DNA of 24,000 nt, from NCBI GenBank assembly GCA_963813525.1, contig CAWEZI010000005.1:174798-198797 (forward strand). The letters are read 5' to 3'. A program made the translations under genes and the position numbers. How positions within the stretch are numbered: position 1 is the first letter of the stretch; each line of letters starts with the position of its first letter. Positions 14,727 through 21,880 of this stretch are shown piece after piece. The DNA is from an uncultured Acidimicrobiaceae bacterium. Lineage in GTDB: Bacteria; Actinomycetota; Acidimicrobiia; Acidimicrobiales; RAAP-2. The notes under the pieces are model-generated. The model saw only the letters and a program-made list of their open reading frames with translations, did not search any database and was not told the DNA's origin.

Positions 14727-16040
14727 CTACGCGGAGACGGTGCCCGCTTGGTAGTACCTTGACCTTGAGTTTTCGTCTTTGGACGACCAGACGAAGGCCT
14801 CGCCGGCCTTCCACCATCGCCTTGTTCTGACGTGCGAGCCCAGGTAGATCTTCCTAAACTGCTCTGCATCCGCCGGTGGCCGTCGTCGACGGGTTCCAAG
14901 CACTTCCAGCCTGTCGGCTACCAGGTCCGCGGCGATACGACCAAGCCGCGCCGGAACTGCGTTGCCTGCCTGCTCGTACTGCTGCTGCGTGGACCCGGAA
15001 AATACCCAATCGCGGGGAAACTCCTGGATCGCTGCGTATTCGGCGATCGAGAGTACGCGAACCTCATCGGGATGGCACATCGAGGTGCTGGCGTGATTGG
15101 GCATGGTGGTCAAGGTCGGACAGGGCAGGTCCCAGCTAAGCCGTCGCCACCACCCAGACCGGCCACCTTTTGCGTCGTACGCTCGACCCATCGACTCTCG
15201 CGCTACATCGGGAGGCAACGTGCGCCAGTTTCCGCCGGGCGGCACCATTGCCAAATACGACTTCTTCCGCGGGCTGAAGTCAAGCAGCGTGGGCGACGGT
15301 TCCTTTAGATGGCCTATGGCATCGAACAACGTGCGGTGCGGCAAAAGTGAACTTTCACCTCGGTTGATTCGCTCAGGCGGTCCATGCGTCGCCCCCGGAA
15401 AATCAATGACATCTCCGAGACGATTGCCGACCATGAGCACGCGCTCTCTCAGCTGAGGTGCTCCATAGTTGACGGCGTTAACTTCGAAGCAGTCGATCCG
15501 GTATTTGCCGTCCGAGAGCCGAAACAGGTCTTCGGCCCAGCGTTCCACGACGGAGCCCGGAACCTCGTCGGTCTGCAGCGGCGCACCACCCTTTGCCGGC
15601 CGCTCCGCTATGGGGCGGTGACGGAGGGCCGCAGACAGAAGTCCGCGAACGTTCTCCAAGACGAAGTATTTGGGACGCAGAGCAAGAACCCAGTCCATAT
15701 AGTTCCAAAGAAGCTCGCCCCTTGAATCCTCCACGGACTTACGCCGACCTGCTGTGCTAAAAGCCTGGCATGGTGGTCCACCGACGAGCAGATCGAGTTG
15801 TCCAGCTCGCAAACCGAGCTCTTTCATCATTCCCGATGCTGATACGCCTCGAATGTCGCCCTGAATGATTTGCGTCTGAGCCGACCCAATGCGTCCTGCA
15901 TCTCGGTTAAGTCCAATCGTCTCGCAGAACACTGGGTTGACCTCAAGGCAAGCCAGAAGCTCGAAACGCTTGGTTTCGTGAATTCCGACATCCAATCCAC
16001 CGGCACCTGAGAACAACGAGAGCGAAGTGAATCTGTCCAC
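14727..16040 (-). CDS. DNA (cytosine-5)-methyltransferase
   Basis: 437 aa with motif I LFSGAGGLDVG, motif IV GGPPCQAFS, motif VI ENV, motif VIII QLRERV and motif X GNAVP. The start codon is GTG. Confidence 0.95.
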   Translation of the reverse strand: MDRFTSLSLFSGAGGLDVGIHETKRFELLACLEVNPVFCETIGLNRDAGRIGSAQTQIIQGDIRGVSASGMMKELGLRAGQLDLLVGGPPCQAFSTAGRRKSVEDSRGELLWNYMDWVLALRPKYFVLENVRGLLSAALRHRPIAERPAKGGAPLQTDEVPGSVVERWAEDLFRLSDGKYRIDCFEVNAVNYGAPQLRERVLMVGNRLGDVIDFPGATHGPPERINRGESSLLPHRTLFDAIGHLKEPSPTLLDFSPRKKSYLAMVPPGGNWRTLPPDVARESMGRAYDAKGGRSGWWRRLSWDLPCPTLTTMPNHASTSMCHPDEVRVLSIAEYAAIQEFPRDWVFSGSTQQQYEQAGNAVPARLGRIAADLVADRLEVLGTRRRRPPADAEQFRKIYLGSHVRTRRWWKAGEAFVWSSKDENSRSRYYQAGTVSA

Positions 16041-16154
16041 TTATGCCCCTTGACCTGGTACGAGACCTTTAGACATGGGCATACGTCTGACTCTATCCCG
16101 TGGCTATGTCACGGTCGTGGCAAGCGCGGCGTCAGTCGCCGTAACTGGCCCGTT

Positions 16155-16397
16155 CTACGAGAACGGGCTTCCGCCAGCCTTTGCAGTGCCCGTACCCGTC
16201 CGCCCGCTTCGTCCCTGAGGCTTGTTGATGCTCTTGCAATCTGGACCCAAGCGATGGAAGAGCAAAGCTGAATCCTCATCCTCAACTTCGGTGTCGAACC
16301 GAATCCGCTTTGAGCAGAGAGGACATGAAGTAGTCACCTTGACTTGTCGGGGCTTCGGATCGTCTGCCACTCCGGCAACGCTAGCGCAGCCATGCAC
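16155..16397 (-). CDS. possible small protein with CPLC...H...C zinc-knuckle-like spacing (start uncertain)
   Basis: 80-aa track ORF (GTG start) between the TM peptide gene and the MTase gene. Only modest codon bias and no clear SD. Confidence 0.3.
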   Translation of the reverse strand: MHGCASVAGVADDPKPRQVKVTTSCPLCSKRIRFDTEVEDEDSALLFHRLGPDCKSINKPQGRSGRTGTGTAKAGGSPFS

Positions 16398-16409
16398 CTA
16401 ACATTCGGG

Positions 16410-16574
16410 CTACAGATCGCGCAGGAAAGCGGCGACTGTAAGCGCCGACGTGACCAACAGGATTGGGTCAACCCGCTTGCCGGTGGCCGCCTTGTAAACG
16501 GTGAACGCCGCAAGACCCGCTCCGACCCATCTCCAAGGGTGTCCGTCGTCTGATGCGACTGCTGTTCGTGGCAT
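16410..16574 (-). CDS. small hydrophobic protein (54 aa, two short hydrophobic segments)
   Basis: An excellent SD, GGAAGGAG, lies 6 nt upstream of the ATG at 16574. Product is MPRTAVASDDGHPWRWVGAGLAAFTVYKAATGKRVDPILLVTSALTVAAFLRDL. It is below the ORF-track cut-off. Confidence 0.5.
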   Translation of the reverse strand: MPRTAVASDDGHPWRWVGAGLAAFTVYKAATGKRVDPILLVTSALTVAAFLRDL

Positions 16575-16634
16575 CTTTCACTCCTTCCCTGTTTAGTTGT
16601 CCCTCCGCTTCACTATGCCGGATGGGTGTGACGC

Positions 16635-16654
16635 GCCCGCCGGTTCAGGCGGGC
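16635..16654 (-). terminator. short GC hairpin between the 17093 gene and the TM-peptide gene (attenuator/terminator candidate)
   Basis: GCCCGCC (16635-16641), a 6-nt loop, then GGCGGGC (16648-16654): a perfect 7-bp stem with no U-tract. Confidence 0.25.
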
Positions 16655-16691
16655 TGCTGGAACATCAGTTGTGGTTGGGCCGGCCGTTGGT

Positions 16692-17093
16692 TCACTCGGA
16701 AGCTCGCTGAGACCGATGGTCCTGTCCCAGTGCTTGCCACCGCCCGGTAGCCCCCAGGCCCGGGAACTGGACCTCGGCGTTGAAGGCCACGACCAGTCGT
16801 TGGTCGGCGCCCTCGACAGCACCGGGTGGTCGGCCTGTCTCCATGTCCGCTTCGAGACGAATGATCGGCTCACCTCCGTCCTCCCGCTCAAGGAGCATGG
16901 TGACGTGGTGTCGTCGGTTGGTCTCGGTCCAAGGAATGAGGATCGTCAGTCCGATGCCCATGTGAAACGGCGGAGCTGGCTGTCCAGGCATGACCACCTG
17001 GTTCAAGTCGGTCCAACCGCCGCCCATCAGGTAGAGGAGACCGTTCTGGGATTCGGCGTGGTTGGCCAGGATGAGGGTTTCAATTTGGGGCAT
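16692..17093 (-). CDS. uncharacterised conserved protein (DUF6941-like pattern), C-terminus possibly frameshifted
   Basis: SD GAAGGAG precedes the ATG at 17093; the track ORF extending to 17564 is an upstream artefact. MPQIETLILANHAESQNGLLYLMGGGW...IPWTETNRRHHVTMLLEREDGGEPI...GRPPG matches an actinobacterial family of unknown function, from memory. The family-like C-terminus is encoded in the -1 frame after 16766 (see findings). Confidence 0.65.
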   Translation of the reverse strand: MPQIETLILANHAESQNGLLYLMGGGWTDLNQVVMPGQPAPPFHMGIGLTILIPWTETNRRHHVTMLLEREDGGEPIIRLEADMETGRPPGAVEGADQRLVVAFNAEVQFPGLGATGRWQALGQDHRSQRASE

Positions 17094-17259
17094 CGGCGGA
17101 TGCTCCTTCTTGTCGGGTGTGTACGATCTGTACAACAGTAAGTCTACGGGCGTCCACAGGTCGATGCAAGGAATGTGGACGCGGGCCTTCAGAATTGCCG
17201 GGAACTGCCCGATGACGCCTGATAGAACAGGGGTTAACACGGGCGATGGAGGAGACAAG

Positions 17260-17574
17260 ATGCCAGCGGCGACGGGGGCGAAGGGTGCAGAGGAGACCAA
17301 GAAAGGGGCGTCCGAGCTGATCTCGGTGCGCATCCCGACGGAGGAGGCCGAGCGTCTCCAGCAACTGGCAGCGGCCGAGGGCCAGTCGGTGTCCGAGATC
17401 ATCAGGCGGGCGGTCTCGATGCTTCTCCGCCCGTCAGTCTCGATCGACAGGGTCTCGTCCAACGCCAAGACCATGACGGTCCGGCACGTATACAGCAGCT
17501 CCTTCACAGAGCAGCTCCCGGTCCCGGACAGGCCCCCGCAGACGGTGCAGAACACCAGCTCCACAACGACTTAG
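17260..17574 (+). CDS. ribbon-helix-helix (CopG/Arc-type) DNA-binding protein
   Basis: SD GGAGGAG precedes the ATG at 17260. ELISVRIPTEEAERLQQLAAAEGQSVSEIIRRAVSMLL is a textbook RHH motif. It is the last gene of the element and reads outward toward attR. Confidence 0.75.
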   Translation: MPAATGAKGAEETKKGASELISVRIPTEEAERLQQLAAAEGQSVSEIIRRAVSMLLRPSVSIDRVSSNAKTMTVRHVYSSSFTEQLPVPDRPPQTVQNTSSTTT

Positions 17575-18741
17575 GGAGGACTGGGCCTCCCGAGGCTTGA
17601 TTCGGGCGGGGAGCAATCAAGATACCTGACTGAACACTCGACCCGTCGACTGGTCGACACCCTGGTCGCCCTCATTCTCGGGAAGTTCGTCATCGTCGCC
17701 GTACTGAGCCTGGCCGCCGGTGCCTTGGCCGGCGGCACAGGAGCGACGGCGAATGGTGGCGGTGGGGGTGCGGCAGGCGCCGGTGGAGGCACGGCTGGCG
17801 GTGAGGGCGGTGGCTTCGCAGCCGTTTTGGGTGGCACCGCCCTTCTCCTCCTCGCCGCGTTTGCGCCGTGGGCCCTCTTCCGCCTCCTGCCCTTCATTGA
17901 AGCGGGCGCTGTCGGTCACCTTGAGGGGCTCAGCCATCGCGCCCGACAAACAGCGGCCACCCCCGTCAGGGGCTTGGCTGTTGTGGCCATGCGGTCGTCA
18001 GCGGCTGGAGCGGTCATCGGTGCCGGCAGTGGTGTCGCCGGCGGGTTGATCGGCTCGGCCGTCGGATCACTCGGTGCGGGCGATTCGGGCGGATCGGGCG
18101 GAACCGCCGGTGGACTCGGCGCCGGAACTGCCGGCGGTCCCGGTGGCGATGGACCGCCTGGAACTCGGCCTGATCCCGAGCCGTCCTCCGCCGAAAGGAC
18201 CGGGGTGGGGACTTTGGATTCTCCGGGACACGGGATACCGGCATGGGCGGTGCATCCGCAAGCAACCGCTGCCGCCCGTCGTCACTTTGGTCACCTCCTC
18301 TACGGAGAAGGGGCCGGTGGACCAGAGGCAGATCCAACCCGTGCCGAACAGATGTCATTGCCTTCGTCCGGGCCGGTCGGATCGTCCCTTCCGGGTCCGG
18401 CCGGGGTGGATGGGGCAATTTCGAGTAGCAGTGGCAGTGGCAGTGGCAGTGGCAGCGGCTGGGGCAGTGGCAGTGGCAGTGGCAGTGGCTGGGGCAGTGG
18501 CAGTGGCATCGGCACGGCGGGCGGCACGGCGGGATCCGGCCCAGCGTTTGAGGTATCCCGGTCCCCCGATCCGGCGCCAAGGCACGCCCTGCGACCCGAC
18601 GTGATCGGCCATGACGAATTGGGTGTGCGGTTGATTCCCGCGCAGCGGTTACCGGGTCCTCCTCCGTTGCCGGCCGTTTCTCCCGGTGATCCATCGCCGA
18701 CGACACCCACCGACGATCCACTCCTGGGCGCCGGACCGTGA
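17575..18741 (+). CDS. VirB6/TrbL-like membrane protein, 3' fragment (host-derived from 17648; open frame begins at 17575 right after the RHH stop codon)
   Basis: The frame reads ...STRRLVDTLVALILGKFVIVAVLSLAAGALAGG..., then further TM helices (FAAVLGGTALLLLAAFAPWALF), then a long Gly/Ser/Pro-rich tail. The track start is the TTG at 17725. The stop overlaps the next gene start (GTGA at 18738-18741). Confidence 0.75.
   Translation, partial: GGLGLPRLDSGGEQSRYLTEHSTRRLVDTLVALILGKFVIVAVLSLAAGALAGGTGATANGGGGGAAGAGGGTAGGEGGGFAAVLGGTALLLLAAFAPWALFRLLPFIEAGAVGHLEGLSHRARQTAATPVRGLAVVAMRSSAAGAVIGAGSGVAGGLIGSAVGSLGAGDSGGSGGTAGGLGAGTAGGPGGDGPPGTRPDPEPSSAERTGVGTLDSPGHGIPAWAVHPQATAAARRHFGHLLYGEGAGGPEADPTRAEQMSLPSSGPVGSSLPGPAGVDGAISSSSGSGSGSGSGWGSGSGSGSGWGSGSGIGTAGGTAGSGPAFEVSRSPDPAPRHALRPDVIGHDELGVRLIPAQRLPGPPPLPAVSPGDPSPTTPTDDPLLGAGP
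17643..17647. other. attR crossover core (CCGTC)
   Basis: It is identical to 3596-3600. Host coding sequence resumes in frame: CGT CGA CTG GTC GAC = R R L V D. Confidence 0.75.
18424..18509 (+). repeat. hexanucleotide (GGCAGT)n tract encoding an (SG)n-W repeat inside the VirB6-like C-terminal tail
   Basis: AGTAGCAGTGGCAGTGGCAGTGGCAGTGGCAGCGGCTGGGGCAGTGGCAGT... translates to SSSGSGSGSGSGWGSGSGSGSGWGSGSGIG, with a higher-order 30-bp unit ending in GGCTGG. Confidence 0.9.
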
Positions 18742-20402
18742 CCACGGAGCACCGGGCGACCGATCGGGTCCGGTACCGGTTCTCCCCACTCGAGCGGCGC
18801 GGTGTGATCGCCGGATGGCGGGGTGGGCAGATCGCCGCCGTCGCCGCCGGACTGGTCGTGGGGGTGCTCGCCGTTCGGTCCCGGCCATCCGCAGGAGGCG
18901 TGGCAATGGCGGTGGTCGGTACGGGCGTTGGCGTGGCCGTGGCGTTCTGGCCTGTTCAGGGTCGAACGGGCGACCAGTGGTTTCCCCTCGTACTTCGATG
19001 GGCGTGGACCGGAGGTCTGGGGGCCCGCCGTCAGTTGGCGCAGGCTCCGGGGAACGGACACCGGCTCATCGTGGCCGCCCCTGGTCGGGGCCAGCACCCG
19101 CTCGGGCAGGCGCCTGACCAGAGTGAGGGAGTCCGGCGAAATGAGGCCATCGATGTACGGAGAGTTCCGGAAGCCTTTCGCTCTTTGGGTCGGCGCACCG
19201 TCTTCGATGGGATTGACATCGTGGCCGTTCCGTTGGGCGGGGATCCTTCAGCCCCAGAGCTCGGTGTCGTGGTCGACGGCCCCTCCCGAACAGCCACTGC
19301 CGTACTGGCCGTGCGGGGGCACAGCTTCGCCCTCCTGGGTCCGAGCGACCAGGACGCCCGCATCGGGGCGTGGGCCCGAACGCTGTCGTCGATGGCCAGG
19401 GAAGGTTCGGAGGTGCATCGGGTCCAGTGGATCGAATCGTGCCTGCCGGACGACGGTACAGCTGTTCGTCGCTACCGGGCCGACCATGCCCTACTCGGCC
19501 CGGATTCGGCCGCGGGTCGGTCCTATCAGGCGCTGGTGGACGGAGCCGCACCGGTGACCCGACGCCACCGGGTCTATGTGTCCCTTTCCGTGCGGACGTC
19601 TCGCCCGTTCCGGGCGGGCCGCTCGGGACGAAAGGGGGCGGCGGCGACGGCCGATGTCTTACCTCGCGAAATCGACATGTTGCATCGGGCACTCGACGGA
19701 GCTGACATAACCGTCGACGGCGTACTTGGTCCCGGAGCCTTGACCCGAGTGATAGGCGAGGCCATCGCGCCTGTCGACGCCAACTCTGATGGTGCCGGCA
19801 CTGCCGGTTCCGGCATCACCGATCCCGGCGATCGCTCAGACAGGCGGATGGGCGGACAGGCCGCTCGTCCGGACGACGCACCAGCGGGCCGATGGCCTTG
19901 GCCTGTAGCCATCGAACCGTCCTGGGATGCCGTGCGCACCGACGGCACGTGGCACGCCATCTACTGGATTGCCGAATGGCCCCGGGTCGAGGTGACTCCT
20001 GACTTCCTCGGGCCGCTGCTGTTCTCGCCGCTGCGACGCTCACTCAGCCTGGTCATGGAGCCGGTGAGCCCGCTGCGCGCTGCGCGGCAGGTGGCCCAAG
20101 CCCGGACAGCCGATCTGGCCGACGGCGAGCTGCGCCGACGAGGAGGGTTTCTGGTTACCGCCAGCCACCGCCGACAAAAGGAAAGCGTCGAGGACCGGGA
20201 CACCGAGCTGGCCGACGGACACGCCCAGTACCGATTTTCGGGATACTTGACGGTTACTGCTGACACGAGGTCGGAGCTGGCTGCAAGCTGCTCCTCGGTG
20301 GAACAGGCAGCTGGTCAGTCGGGCCTCGAGCTCCGCCTTCTCTACGGCACTCAAGACGCAGCGTTTGCCTGTTCGCTACCGCTGGGTCGCGGCCTTTCGT
20401 GA
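18738..20402 (+). CDS. SCO6880-like protein (VirB3/VirB4 N-terminal-like T4SS component)
   Basis: 554 aa. The N-terminus YRFSPLERRGVIAGWRGGQIAAVAAGLVVGVL plus a second TM matches the PrgI/SCO6880-type start, from memory. It is coupled to both neighbours by 4-nt overlaps. Confidence 0.75.
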   Translation: MTTEHRATDRVRYRFSPLERRGVIAGWRGGQIAAVAAGLVVGVLAVRSRPSAGGVAMAVVGTGVGVAVAFWPVQGRTGDQWFPLVLRWAWTGGLGARRQLAQAPGNGHRLIVAAPGRGQHPLGQAPDQSEGVRRNEAIDVRRVPEAFRSLGRRTVFDGIDIVAVPLGGDPSAPELGVVVDGPSRTATAVLAVRGHSFALLGPSDQDARIGAWARTLSSMAREGSEVHRVQWIESCLPDDGTAVRRYRADHALLGPDSAAGRSYQALVDGAAPVTRRHRVYVSLSVRTSRPFRAGRSGRKGAAATADVLPREIDMLHRALDGADITVDGVLGPGALTRVIGEAIAPVDANSDGAGTAGSGITDPGDRSDRRMGGQAARPDDAPAGRWPWPVAIEPSWDAVRTDGTWHAIYWIAEWPRVEVTPDFLGPLLFSPLRRSLSLVMEPVSPLRAARQVAQARTADLADGELRRRGGFLVTASHRRQKESVEDRDTELADGHAQYRFSGYLTVTADTRSELAASCSSVEQAAGQSGLELRLLYGTQDAAFACSLPLGRGLS

Positions 20403-21880
20403 GCCCGTCGTCCTTTCGGGTTCCCGCGCACGTAGCTACGACTCGGCATCTCTGTGCTGCTTACCCCTTGGTCTGTGAGGCCGGCCTGGGCCACGAAGGA
20501 GTTCTGATCGGTCGGGACGTCCTCGGTGGGTCATTCGTGTACGACCCGTTCATCCTTTACCGGCGAGGCGTGATCACCAATCCGAACATGGTGGTGATCG
20601 GTCAGATCGGCCGGGGAAAGAGTTCTTTCGTCAAGACGTACCTCTGGCGGCAGGCCGTATTCGGTCGGCGCGCCTGGGTGGTGGATCCGAAAGGGGAGTA
20701 CGGCCCCCTGGCCCGGGCGTGGGGCGTGGAACCGGTGGCGCTGCGTCCGGGAGGGTCGGTCCGGCTCAACCCGCTCGACACCGAGGAAGCACTCGACGGT
20801 ACGGGTGACCCCGCCGTCGCAGGCGGTAAGCAAGCCAGCGCCCTAACCGCTGAGGAAGGCACCGCGGCAACCGCTGAGGAAGGCACCGCGGCAACCGCTG
20901 AAGGCATCGCCGATGCCGCGGAGGGCGTCGCGGCTGCCGCGGGAGGAGCGACGACAGGAGGGGCGGGATGGGATGCGCAACGGGGTCCGCAACCGGACGC
21001 CGCCATGCGCCGTCGGGTCATGCTGACGTCGTCGCTGGCTGTGGCGTGCCTCGGTCGGGACCTCGTGCCCAAGGAACGGGCGGCGATCGATGTGGCGCTG
21101 GCCGAGGCGACACGGAAGGCCGAACGCACCCGTATGCCCGCGCCGACCCTTCCCCACGTTGTGGATGCACTTCTCGAACCGGCGGTCGACGCCGCCTCGG
21201 TACTTCGAACCACCCCGGATGTTCTCGCCGAGGACGGGCGGGACGTCGCCCTGGAGCTACGGCGACTGGTGCGCGGGGACTTGTGCGGCATGTTCGATGG
21301 GCAGACGACCCCTGGGCTTCGGCTCGACGGACCTCTGGTCGTTCTGGACCTTTCCGCTGCCTACCACTCTCCGGCACTGGGAGTCCTCATGGCCTGCGCG
21401 GCAGCGTGGCTGCAAAGCGCGGTTCGGGCTCAGAATCGCAACCGCATCATTCTTGTCGTTGATGAAGCGTGGGCCATTCTCTCCAACCTCGGCGTGGCCC
21501 GCTGGCTGCAGACATCCTGGAAATTGTCGCGGGCGATGGGGGTGGCCAATATCGCGGTCCTGCACCGTCTGTCGGATCTCCACGCGGTCGGATCCAGCGG
21601 TTCCGAACAGGTCAGTCTGGCCGAAGGCTTGCTGGCCGATTCCGAGACTCGGGTGGTTTACGCCCAGTCTCCTGGTGAGGTGGCACGCACAAGCGAACTC
21701 TTAGGGCTCACCGCAACCGAGGCGGATCTCGCCAGTCAACTCCGTCGGGGTATGGCTCTGTGGAAGGTGGGTCGTCGGTCGTTCCTTGTCGAACATCGTC
21801 TGGCTCCTGCCGAGTCCGCGATCACCGATACCGATCAGGCCATGAACGACGACGACGTCGTTCTACCTGATGCCCGATGA
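20399..21880 (+). CDS. VirB4/TraC-like conjugation ATPase (ATP-binding protein)
   Basis: 493 aa. Walker A is GQIGRGKSSFVKT and Walker B is RIILVVDEAW. GTG start overlaps the upstream stop, and the gene's own stop overlaps the next start (ATGA). Confidence 0.85.
   Translation: MSPSSFRVPAHVATTRHLCAAYPLVCEAGLGHEGVLIGRDVLGGSFVYDPFILYRRGVITNPNMVVIGQIGRGKSSFVKTYLWRQAVFGRRAWVVDPKGEYGPLARAWGVEPVALRPGGSVRLNPLDTEEALDGTGDPAVAGGKQASALTAEEGTAATAEEGTAATAEGIADAAEGVAAAAGGATTGGAGWDAQRGPQPDAAMRRRVMLTSSLAVACLGRDLVPKERAAIDVALAEATRKAERTRMPAPTLPHVVDALLEPAVDAASVLRTTPDVLAEDGRDVALELRRLVRGDLCGMFDGQTTPGLRLDGPLVVLDLSAAYHSPALGVLMACAAAWLQSAVRAQNRNRIILVVDEAWAILSNLGVARWLQTSWKLSRAMGVANIAVLHRLSDLHAVGSSGSEQVSLAEGLLADSETRVVYAQSPGEVARTSELLGLTATEADLASQLRRGMALWKVGRRSFLVEHRLAPAESAITDTDQAMNDDDVVLPDAR
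20845..20906 (+). repeat. 24-bp in-frame tandem repeat (about 2.6 copies) inside the VirB4-like ATPase gene
   Basis: AACCGCTGAGGAAGGCACCGCGGC occurs at 20845-20868 and again at 20869-20892, followed by a partial, diverged copy. It encodes TAEEGTAA TAEEGTAA TAEG within an Ala/Gly/Glu-rich insert. Confidence 0.9.

Larger units (their letters stand above)
3601..17647. mobile_element. 14,047-bp integrated serine-recombinase element (satellite-like mini-prophage, phiRv1-like architecture) inserted in the VirB6/TrbL-like gene
   Basis: It is bounded by the CCGTC cores, and deleting it restores a 1848-nt ORF. Contents: serine integrase, Xis-type HTH, P4/D5 primase-helicase, iterons, HK97 capsid gene, and RM/Vsr cargo. 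Part of the cargo has lower GC and weaker third-position bias than the flanks. Confidence 0.85.

Noticed and set aside
16692-17564. Full 290-aa track ORF extending the DUF6941-like gene upstream across the divergent intergenic region and antisense to the RHH gene.
   Set aside because: The upstream 157 codons are antisense to a well-supported RHH gene and cross an AT-richer promoter region. A strong SD (GAAGGAG) and family-typical N-terminus (MPQIETLILANHA...) begin at 17093.
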